Assembly: GCA_016927565.1 (NCBI GenBank)
Contig: JAFGMK010000006.1
Location: forward strand, 37,942 to 101,941
Length of the DNA: 64,000 bases
Source: Minisyncoccota bacterium
GTDB taxonomy: Bacteria; Patescibacteriota; Microgenomatia; PFEM01; JAFGMK01
Reading direction: 5' to 3'
A program made the position numbers and the translations under genes. How positions within the stretch are numbered: the stretch's first letter is position 1; each line of letters begins with the position of its first letter. A model generated the notes under the pieces. It made no database searches and was not told the DNA's origin. It saw nothing but the letters and a program-made list of their open reading frames with translations. Below are positions 20,101 to 27,081 of this stretch, piece after piece.

Positions 20101-21290
20101 CGTTCTAAGTAACCTTCAATAAATGCTTTTACCCTGTCTGGTTCATGCATTTGAGGATCTGGCAGGGGCGGACTTTCGTACTTTTTCTTAAGAGCTTCGA
20201 CCTGATCTGGTCTGGCCGCCCACTTTTTTTTCCGAGGCTCGGTCCAATATTGGTCATACAAATACCATTCCTCAGCTCGTCTTTGCCAGGGAACTACTTC
20301 TTTGAGAAGGCGAATGCCCCTGGTTTCTTCACCAGCGACAAAGCCAACAAATTTATCAACGGCTGCTTTTACACCACCCGTTTTAATAGAATCATAATCA
20401 TCAGTCGCATCCTCAATCCCCCTAATGGCCACCTCATTTAGCAAAACAAGGCTTTGGGCTGAAAGACCCTTAATGGCAGTTTTTTCAGTAGGGTTTTTTC
20501 TGGTGATTACCGGGATATATTGACCTGAATCTTGATCTAAAACAATATCAGTGGCTGAGTTATAAACACCACTATATAAAGCTTCAACTAACTGGAGGCG
20601 GTTTTTGTAGACATTGAGGTGAAAATCGGGGTCACTACCTTCTTCAAGAATTCCGTGAGTATTTCTGGTTCCATTTGGCCACAGATCAACAAACTCCCCC
20701 TCTATCTCTGCTTCGGGATTAACATCATTTATCAGGCCAGTTAATCCCCGGTAGCTTAGGCCAACAGCGCTTTGACTATCCGCCAAAATTACTTTTTTAG
20801 CTTTGGCGACTCCCATTTGTCTTAAATAGCCTCGATAACGGTCATAAAAATCCGGGCCATGAGCAGTTCCCCTAACCAAGGGATTAAATTGGCCGTTGTA
20901 ATGGAGATATCTTGTTCTGCCGGGATCAATTTCTTGATATTCAGCTACTTTTTCCCTGAGTTTTTGGGCAGCAATATGAATCGGCAAACCATCTCTGGCC
21001 AAGGTCAAAGCAAGACTATCTGGTTCGTTTTTGAGCTTGGTTAATACTTTATCGGCTAAGAGGATATATACCGGAGCAACAACTTCCCTTGTCTGGGAGT
21101 AAACCTCTTTTGCCAAGGCGCGGAAGCGCTCCTCTTGTTCTGGTGGAACCTTCCTTTCTTTGACCAGGTGATCGAGATACTGACCAAGCCTATCCGAATC
21201 CTGCTCGTGTTCCTGGCCTGTTTCTTGGTCGGCAATTGGTTTGCTTGGCTGATCCTCGATTGGCTTAACCCCGTTAGCACCTTCTCCCAT
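17184..21290 (-). CDS. 1368-aa multidomain protein with GT-A-like middle and GT-B (GT1/GT28-like) C-terminal domains
   Basis: LARDG N-terminal domain; FIIDDS and INEDD middle domain; SAHTGR, FGSFGS, CQGGSGT, NADQQYNAALVEQHGLG C-terminal domain. Confidence 0.75.
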   Translation of the reverse strand: MGEGANGVKPIEDQPSKPIADQETGQEHEQDSDRLGQYLDHLVKERKVPPEQEERFRALAKEVYSQTREVVAPVYILLADKVLTKLKNEPDSLALTLARDGLPIHIAAQKLREKVAEYQEIDPGRTRYLHYNGQFNPLVRGTAHGPDFYDRYRGYLRQMGVAKAKKVILADSQSAVGLSYRGLTGLINDVNPEAEIEGEFVDLWPNGTRNTHGILEEGSDPDFHLNVYKNRLQLVEALYSGVYNSATDIVLDQDSGQYIPVITRKNPTEKTAIKGLSAQSLVLLNEVAIRGIEDATDDYDSIKTGGVKAAVDKFVGFVAGEETRGIRLLKEVVPWQRRAEEWYLYDQYWTEPRKKKWAARPDQVEALKKKYESPPLPDPQMHEPDRVKAFIEGYLERMEEEPRETKLQMVGIKSLQNPELIDRFLEDFAESRQKSAYQGEVGVFIIDDSWDDEAARQIAKVAKKYQVGYYRVRENTGFAQRLAQKVAQELKADPDLTEKQRRYQFWLSRALLKDRLQAPLREDLESFEFADPLAELGGIAGTQNFGYLAAAYEAGKRGVPLKETTITINEDDQRYRTLTRTEEGTIRTDQHDILAERAAWFEDPETQVTIGRYTGHTGNPISLVKDTLELTTQIMTERNSGAFSTYNIFDPETGAFRQVSTSEAYRLLPQILEAAVRRQPIAALWTEERHFKEGLDWQEASKLDLGNITFSGEAIKGIPTPLGGIFDYNLSGAIRAQAATAADPNRVIRRERPLMHQRAARQGGGDAFGAEMVGAFSNNYAREQFKISKAIDGSPSLQNEAKQALGIAPADDKSLQASIRTFEANHAKLEEIKRLRGLLDAQVEFARQIDSAEPDQVIDELESFLHAFPEGAIEAVEKDLENQPLPKEIRSVRKGVRRYLRTYQVWPSLVDAAYELGAEEKRLSQAKKEKEDPEVPIASEQKSQARPVEVGYLPGVSAHTGRPLEVALELARAGVPTNMCGSESGRQVFDLGRGFETPGKPVTVERSDDYFYHPGHLIKGEFSVKEMAGNVVRIAQRLEENPPPFVLSDHNVPLLMAAKMAGVPTVSITNLSNVGFTSEAFIHKLGPEAERLADKYYRPLDPKLRQVYQEAHRQYIGEPPTDNPSWFQHMEAADLTIIADNEAFVNQGVGPDFNLDPRLRELVNGNEVAYVGSIQPETIINQYVDEGATKEAVAKLAQAKLEGKKIIFGSFGSIKEPKLYQALFAVAQKRPEAMIMVTTADAELPADLPENFVPVKFANLPELASHADVLLCQGGSGTLYPFMKRGRGGIITITTNADQQYNAALVEQHGLGQNLPLSRLDNDRLDAGIQQALTDQATYAARMSEISPRISLEGAKKAAAIIKEKFSL

Positions 21291-21344
21291 TATATAATGC
21301 TAGCTCATTAGCTGAAAAATTAAAATCCCTACTTTCTCGAACCC

Positions 21345-21560
21345 TATCATAAACACAAGCCCCGATATTCCTTTTCAGGTTTTTTCCAAATCTCACTCTT
21401 TTGATTCTTAATCTTAGGAATCCTCTTTTAAACCTCAAAGTGGCAGGTTAAATTGTGATTCATAACCTCAACCAAAACCCCATCCAAACCAACGGTGGCG
21501 CCGGAAAAAACCTTTGAAAGCATTTGAGGTTATGATAGCAAAAGAATGCTAAGGACACAA
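21345..21560 (-). repeat. comM promoter + first 20 codons, copy 3, plus 115-bp conserved arm
   Basis: 21464-21523 encodes MLSKVFSGATVGLDGVLVEV then MNHNLTCHFEV-stop; TTGTGT-17-TATCAT. Confidence 0.9.
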
Positions 21561-21671
21561 AGATCCTAAGACGTGAACTCAAATCAATCTAAGGGCGGAG
21601 AATCGCTAAAGGAAAGGAGTTGTGTTATTATGACGGGGTAAAGACTATTTTAAAACATTTGATTTTTTAAT

Positions 21672-22418
21672 ATGAACTCTAAACCCCAAAAGGAGGTTTC
21701 TAAGTCAGGAATACCAATTTTGCGCCATCAGCAAGCAGCTAAACCGCCTAAAAAAACTTCCTATCCTACCGAAGAATACCTCAAAGTTTTGGATAAACAC
21801 ATTAAAAAATATATTGGGGAGGCAAAAACTGTTTTTCATGAATTGATTTCGGAGTATGTCCACTTGGATGTTTACTTTATTGAGGCTAGTAAAAAAAGAA
21901 ATTTTCATACCCTAGTGACCGCAGGAATGAGCCTTTTGCCAATGAATGTTCCTCCCGGATTAGAAAGTCATCGCTTTGCCGAACTTTTAATTTGTCTACC
22001 GGCTAGCTGGCCTTTGAGTAAAGAAGCTTTTAAAAAAGAAGCTAATTACTGGCCGGTAAGACAACTTAAGATGTTGGCACGCCTGCCCCATGTTTACCGA
22101 ACCTTTCTTTACATTGGTCATACTGTGCCCAATGGTAACCCTCCCAAGCCTCTTGCTAATAATACCCGCTTTGATTGTCTGCTTTTACTCCCACCAATTC
22201 TTTTCCCCAAAGAATTCAGCTCTCTTAAAATCAACAAAGATAAAACAGTTCATTTTTACGCTCTAATCCCTCTCTACCCTGAAGAAACTGCCTTTAAACT
22301 AGACCAGGGAACGTCTAAGTTATTCCGGAAGTTGGACCAGGCCCGAGTTACCGAGTTGGTAGATATTAACAGACCCAGTTTGATTAGCAAAAAAAATAAC
22401 AAAGGGCAGGCAGCATAA
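21672..22418 (+). CDS. Suppressor-of-fused (SUFU) domain protein
   Basis: HLDVY, LVTAGMS, FAELLI, YWPVRQLKMLARLPH, GHT, FYALIPLYPEE. Confidence 0.85.
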   Translation: MNSKPQKEVSKSGIPILRHQQAAKPPKKTSYPTEEYLKVLDKHIKKYIGEAKTVFHELISEYVHLDVYFIEASKKRNFHTLVTAGMSLLPMNVPPGLESHRFAELLICLPASWPLSKEAFKKEANYWPVRQLKMLARLPHVYRTFLYIGHTVPNGNPPKPLANNTRFDCLLLLPPILFPKEFSSLKINKDKTVHFYALIPLYPEETAFKLDQGTSKLFRKLDQARVTELVDINRPSLISKKNNKGQAA

Positions 22419-22447
22419 ACTTAAAGAAAACCTTTTAAAGAGACAGC

Positions 22448-22543
22448 AACCTCAACCAAAACCCCATCCAAGCCAACGTGGCGTCGGAAAAAACTTTAGC
22501 CAGCATTTGAAATCATGACAGCAAAAAAAGAGAGGGAGAGTAA
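22448..22543 (-). repeat. comM promoter + 5' end, copy 4 (decayed)
   Basis: 22448-22506 is 59 nt (1-nt deletion, G-to-D substitution); -10 changed to TGTCAT. Confidence 0.85.
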
Positions 22544-22590
22544 AATTCCTGAGATGTAAAGCTAAACTACCCTAAGGGTGTAAACTGATA

Positions 22591-22658
22591 AAAATAACGA
22601 TCCCGGATCGTCTGCAGATTTCGATCCGGGATCGGGGAAGCTCCGGATAGTCAAAGAA
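22591..22658 (+). repeat. Palindromic MITE/REP-like element, copy A
   Basis: AACGATCCCGGATCGTCTGCAGATTTCGATCCGGGATCG...GTCAAAGAA; 13-bp perfect stem. Confidence 0.85.
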
Positions 22659-22895
22659 CATGAGCAGTTACGTACTGGGTTGGCACCTGTCTCCGGAACG
22701 GCCAAGCCGGAATCGAACCTATCAATGGAAAATGTCAGTCAATTTTTCCTGGCTTTTGTTGCCGTGAATCGCCGCTGCCCTAAAACCACTTCTGACTAGG
22801 TTTATGGCAAGCTTATTTACCCCCCTCAATAGTGTATGGAAAATCTCGATCTTCTTCTTTTACCAACATGGAAAAAAATTTACGAAAACGGCCAG

Positions 22896-23336
22896 TTAAA
22901 TTATCCTTTTTTTAATCCTATGGCTAAAAAAATAGCCGGTCACCCCAACCGCCCCAGTTAAAAAACCCAAAGGGCAGACAATAGTTGAGGTTAGAAAAAA
23001 GGTAACATGAAGGGCTTCGGCGAAAAAATGAAGGATTTGGATTTTTTCAGTGATTATGGCTAAGGCATAAAGCAGATTGTGGAAAACGACGCCGGGGAAA
23101 AAAGCCGCCGCCGAAACCCCACTAAGAAGCAGGAATTTTTTTAGGCGATTTTTAAACTTTCTTCTTCTAATGACTATGATTAAGCCAAAACCCAAAAAGG
23201 AAAAAACCGCCAACGGCAGAAGAAACAAAAAAGTGCCTCGGAATAATTCTCTGATTGGTTCAAGAAAAAATTGCGCCACCCCAAAAATAAAACTCAAAAG
23301 CAACCACCAGAACAACCGCGGTATTTTTTGCTTCAT
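22896..23336 (-). CDS. Hypothetical 4-TM membrane protein
   Basis: Four hydrophobic segments, VFHNLLYAL. Confidence 0.7.
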   Translation of the reverse strand: MKQKIPRLFWWLLLSFIFGVAQFFLEPIRELFRGTFLFLLPLAVFSFLGFGLIIVIRRRKFKNRLKKFLLLSGVSAAAFFPGVVFHNLLYALAIITEKIQILHFFAEALHVTFFLTSTIVCPLGFLTGAVGVTGYFFSHRIKKRII

Positions 23337-23347
23337 CTTAAAAAAGC

Positions 23348-24010
23348 TTAGCGAAACTGACCAAAGCCCGGGCCGACCGGCGTACGATATTGCAGGCCGT
23401 GACTACCGGCACAAGAATCATTCTCAACCTTTTGAATAACAGCAAATTCATCCCAGATTACCGGCCCAAGCTCCCGACGGTTTTTCTCATACCACATTCC
23501 ATTCTCTTTATAAGCGCCACTAGGCGCTGCTGCAATTTTGACAAAATAATTCCATTGGCAAGTCTCGCCGTCCTGTTCATACTCACCGGACTGATGGTTG
23601 GTCAACCAGGCACCGGATCCAACATAGCCGGCAAAACCATAATGACGGTCAAGCAAGCCATCACCATCACAATCTCTGTTTGAAAGCCAGGCGTCATTCC
23701 ACTTCATAGCCAGCCTGACGTCCTTATAAGGTTGACACCAGGCCGCATTCCGGTAGGAATCACAATAAAAACCATTGAATGAGCGGGCTTGGTAGTTATA
23801 ACCCCACCCGTCATAACCGGAAGTAATCGGATAACCGTCACTAGTCAAAAGATCCCCTTGTTGAATAGTTTTACAGGCAGTAAATTTTCCTAAAACCCTG
23901 GAAGGAACAGCCCGAGGCACAAGCGGCAGCAGGGCTACATTAAAAGCCAATACAATTCCGCCGACTACTAAAGCCACCGGCAAAACCGTATGTAAAATTT
24001 TATTTTCCAT
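23348..24010 (-). CDS. Exported Cys/aromatic-rich hypothetical protein
   Basis: N-terminal TM/signal, several Cys, DCDGDG (DxDxDG-like) loop; strong SD GGGGGTGA. Confidence 0.7.
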   Translation of the reverse strand: MENKILHTVLPVALVVGGIVLAFNVALLPLVPRAVPSRVLGKFTACKTIQQGDLLTSDGYPITSGYDGWGYNYQARSFNGFYCDSYRNAAWCQPYKDVRLAMKWNDAWLSNRDCDGDGLLDRHYGFAGYVGSGAWLTNHQSGEYEQDGETCQWNYFVKIAAAPSGAYKENGMWYEKNRRELGPVIWDEFAVIQKVENDSCAGSHGLQYRTPVGPGFGQFR

Positions 24011-24096
24011 CCCCTTTCACCCCCTTTCTTTATCATTGCCTAATTCAAGGTAACAAACCTCAACGATGACTGTCAAGGCACACAATTAAACACCCA

Positions 24097-24121
24097 TAAA
24101 AAAACCGCCTCTTAAAGCGGG
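24097..24121 (-). terminator. Intrinsic terminator
   Basis: Minus strand CCGC-tttaagag-GCGG followed by a T run. Confidence 0.5.
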
Positions 24122-24160
24122 CTTCCGAATTAATTCTTTTAGAAGCAAATTTTAAAAACT

Positions 24161-24253
24161 TTAAAGCAGCTCAAAGGCAACTGTTTTTTCCAAAGCCAGA
24201 TGCATTACCACCAAAGCCAAAAAAAAGAAAAGAGGAAATAAGATTTTCTTCAT
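24161..24253 (-). CDS. 30-aa hydrophobic small protein (absent from ORF track)
   Basis: MKKILFPLFFFLALVVMHLALEKTVAFELL; GGAGG SD upstream; terminator downstream. Confidence 0.55.
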   Translation of the reverse strand: MKKILFPLFFFLALVVMHLALEKTVAFELL

Positions 24254-24371
24254 CTTCGACCTCCAATTTTTGTTTTTTAAAGCTTTTCTTTTATACCACA
24301 ATCAACTGATTTTTAACAACTTCATTCTCCCGATCCCAACAAAAAAAAGGCCCTGATCCGAAAACAGTCTG

Positions 24372-24881
24372 CTAAACCCAACAGACTTTATCCTGATCGT
24401 ATTCTGCCTCCGTATGCTGAGGCGGATCCTGGGCCGGATAACCAATCGGAAAAATTCCCAAAATCCTTTTTGACGGAGGAATCGCCAAAATCCGGCGGAC
24501 AAATTCCTCCCGATCGGCTCCGGTTTGAGTTTTTCCCTGATAGACATTAGCCCAACAAGTAGCTAATCCCTGATTGGCAGTTTCAAGATAAATATGAGCC
24601 CCGGCAATTGAGGCGTCCACCAGCCAATACTTGCTCTGTCCGGGGTCAGCCAAAATCACAATTGCAATCGGAGCGCCGCCGATAAATTTTTGCCAGGGGC
24701 CACACTGGGACAACTTTGACAATTTAACTCGGCTCTTAACCACCACAAACTCAACCGGATGGAGACTGTTAGCCGAAGGGGCAACCATGGCAGCAGCCAA
24801 AATTGACCTTATTTGCCGATCATTTACCGGCTCAGAAGTGTATTGCCTGATGCTTCTTCTTTTTTTAAAAAGTTCGTTCAT
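24372..24881 (-). CDS. Nitroreductase family protein
   Basis: RRSIRQY, APSANS, EFVVV, GLATCW, IGYP; start at MNELF (24881). Confidence 0.92.
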   Translation of the reverse strand: MNELFKKRRSIRQYTSEPVNDRQIRSILAAAMVAPSANSLHPVEFVVVKSRVKLSKLSQCGPWQKFIGGAPIAIVILADPGQSKYWLVDASIAGAHIYLETANQGLATCWANVYQGKTQTGADREEFVRRILAIPPSKRILGIFPIGYPAQDPPQHTEAEYDQDKVCWV

Positions 24882-24931
24882 AAAATTACCTTTCTTTTCC
24901 ATCCTATCAAAAAAGCCAAAGAACAGCCAGT

Positions 24932-24956
24932 CCCCAAGTCCTTCCCGGACTTGGGG
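24932..24956. terminator. Strong hairpin upstream of nitroreductase
   Basis: CCCCAAGTCC-ttccc-GGACTTGGGG, 10-bp perfect stem. Confidence 0.5.
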
Positions 24957-24983
24957 CAAAAAGGAAATTTTCTGGCTATCATT

Positions 24984-25037
24984 TTATTTCCCCGGCGGCT
25001 TATTTTTCTTTTTATGGGCTATGCAAGTAGTACACAC
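24984..25037 (-). CDS. Putative 17-aa CxxC peptide
   Basis: AAAGGAGGTGA SD, then GTG; MCTTCIAHKKKNKPPGK. Confidence 0.4.
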   Translation of the reverse strand: MCTTCIAHKKKNKPPGK

Positions 25038-25196
25038 TTCTTTTCACCTCCTTTAAACTATTTTTCAATTTTTAACTAACTAAAGATAACAAAGGAAGTC
25101 TTCGAATTCTGTAAGCCAGCTAACATTATTATCAATCATCTTGGCTGTCTGAACTGCTCTTATTATCAAGACGAGCCTTCTCCTTTAGATATCTTC

Positions 25197-25225
25197 TTGA
25201 CAAGTGAACATTCGTTCACTAAAAT
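25197..25225 (+). promoter_or_regulatory. lexA promoter with SOS box
   Basis: TTGACA-17-TAAAAT with the palindrome AGTGAAC-ATTC-GTTCACT (GAAC-N4-GTTC) filling the spacer. Confidence 0.85.
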
Positions 25226-25234
25226 AGTTCTTTA

Positions 25235-25798
25235 ATGGAAGACTCCCGTTTAAACAAGGTTCGCGATTTTTACAAAAATCACCACCGATTACCCTCTTAC
25301 TCGGAAATGCTAAGATTGTTTAAACTGGCTTCTAAGAATGCGATTTATAAAATTGTTAAAAAATGGCAGGAAACCGGCCTGGTAGAAAAAATCAACCATA
25401 AACTGGCTCCCACCAAAGATTTTTTCCGCCTGCCATTTTTTGGTTTGGTCAAGGCCGGCTTCCCCACCGGCGCTGACGAAGACCACCGCTTCTTAAGCCT
25501 GGAAGATTATTTAATCGATAAACCCCAAGCCTCTTTCTTACTAACGGTTGACGGCGATTCTCTCTCCGGCATCGGCATCTTACCGGGAGACTTGGCCATC
25601 ATCGAGAAAAGAACCGAAGCCCGGACAGAAGAGATTGTCTTAGCTTTAATCGACAATCATTGGAGCCTAAAAATTCTCCGGCGGCAAAACGGCCGGCTCC
25701 GGCTGGAATCAGCCAATGAAAAGTATCCCCCCCTCTACCCCAAAGAAGATTTACAGATCTTCGGAGTTTTAAAAGGAGTAATTAGAAAAATTAAATAA
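25235..25798 (+). CDS. lexA: LexA/UmuD-family repressor (HTH + S24 peptidase)
   Basis: LPSYSEM HTH, VKAGFP Ala-Gly cleavage site, GDS catalytic Ser, LK catalytic Lys, LESAN. Confidence 0.85.
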   Translation: MEDSRLNKVRDFYKNHHRLPSYSEMLRLFKLASKNAIYKIVKKWQETGLVEKINHKLAPTKDFFRLPFFGLVKAGFPTGADEDHRFLSLEDYLIDKPQASFLLTVDGDSLSGIGILPGDLAIIEKRTEARTEEIVLALIDNHWSLKILRRQNGRLRLESANEKYPPLYPKEDLQIFGVLKGVIRKIK

Positions 25799-25803
25799 AA
25801 TCC

Positions 25804-27036
25804 ATGTTTCAAATCCATCCCTGGCCCAACGCCATTCTTCATCTTGACGCTGACGCCTTCTTTGCCTCAGTGATGCAGGCCGTCAACCCGAATTTAAAAG
25901 GAAGAGCAGTGATTGTCGGCAGGGAAAGAGGCATCGCAACGGCAGTTTCTTATGAGGCTAGAGGATGGGGTGTTAAACGGGGAATGAGACTGAACGAGAT
26001 CAAAAGGACTTGCCCCCATTGCCTTTTGATAGACTCGGATTATGAACTTTATCAGCTTTTTTCCCAAAAAATATTCAAACTTTTAAGAGAATTTTCTCCT
26101 GCGATTGAAGAATATTCAATTGACGAAGGCTTTGCTGATCTTAAAGGCCTGAGACGGCCACTTCGGGCCAGTTACCGTCAAATCGGGCAAGAAATCAAAG
26201 AAAAAATCGAAAAATCACTGGGAATTACAGTTTCAGTCGGCATTTCTTTGACAAAATCGCTCGCTAAACTGGCTTCCTCTTTCCAAAAACCCTCCGGCCT
26301 GACCGTAGTTGACGGGTTAGGTCTGGAAAAATTCCTTTCTCAAATCCCTTTAAAAAAAGTTTGGGGAATCGGCGAACAAACCAGCGCCTACCTGGAGAAG
26401 CTGGGATTGATCAGCGCCCTGGATTTAGCCCTTAAACCGGAAAGTTTTATCAGCGCTTATTTGATTAAACCCCATCTTGAAATCTGGCATGAGCTTCGGG
26501 GAGAACAAGTTTACCTTTTAAACACCCACCCCAAAACAACCTATCAGAGTATCTTAAAAAGCGAGACTTTCCGGCCGGCCACTAATGAACCCCATCTGCT
26601 TTGGGCCAGATTGTTAAATAATATTGAAGCGGCCTTTACCAAGGCCCGGCACTATCAATACTCGGTTGGCCAGGTGTCTCTTTTTTTAAAGAGTCAGGAC
26701 TTTATTTATCATACCAGCCAAGTCCGGCTTCTGGAAAAAGCCGCTTATCCTTTTTTAATCAGAAAGGAATTAAAAAAAAGTTTTAACGGCCTTCTTTCCC
26801 GGCAAACTCTTTACCGGACTACCGGTTGTTGCTTATCAAATCTTCAAGATAACCGTCAGTCTCAATTGAGTTTTTTCCCCCCAAGTCAGGCCAAACTTAA
26901 TAAAGCAGTTAAATTTTATCCGCTATATGAAAACAAAAAAATTGATTTTGGCACTAGTCTTTTTGATCCTCAACTCGGAAAAAGAAGAAAAAAACAACCC
27001 CGGACCCGAATCCCTTTTTTATCTCTTCCCGCTTGA
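25804..27036 (+). CDS. dinB: Y-family DNA polymerase (DinB/Pol IV-like)
   Basis: HLDADAFFAS, SYEAR..GV..GM, YSIDE, SVG..K.LAKLAS..KPSG, WGIG. Confidence 0.9.
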   Translation: MFQIHPWPNAILHLDADAFFASVMQAVNPNLKGRAVIVGRERGIATAVSYEARGWGVKRGMRLNEIKRTCPHCLLIDSDYELYQLFSQKIFKLLREFSPAIEEYSIDEGFADLKGLRRPLRASYRQIGQEIKEKIEKSLGITVSVGISLTKSLAKLASSFQKPSGLTVVDGLGLEKFLSQIPLKKVWGIGEQTSAYLEKLGLISALDLALKPESFISAYLIKPHLEIWHELRGEQVYLLNTHPKTTYQSILKSETFRPATNEPHLLWARLLNNIEAAFTKARHYQYSVGQVSLFLKSQDFIYHTSQVRLLEKAAYPFLIRKELKKSFNGLLSRQTLYRTTGCCLSNLQDNRQSQLSFFPPSQAKLNKAVKFYPLYENKKIDFGTSLFDPQLGKRRKKQPRTRIPFLSLPA

Positions 27037-27081
27037 CTTTTCCAAACCTTATCCTCCTGATATGAAATAAACCTTGACAAA

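Noticed and set aside
13465-22543. CRISPR array or classical integron interpretation of the repeats
   Set aside because: Spacers are 1-5 kb gene blocks, the repeats are comM-derived, and no cas or intI gene is in the window
22709-22719. GGTTCGATTCC T-loop-like motif on the minus strand
   Set aside because: No acceptor stem, D arm or anticodon arm can be built around it
22660-22898. Possible gene remnant (LDLLLYQHGKKF, faintly endonuclease III-like)
   Set aside because: Multiple stops and too short a match to support a call
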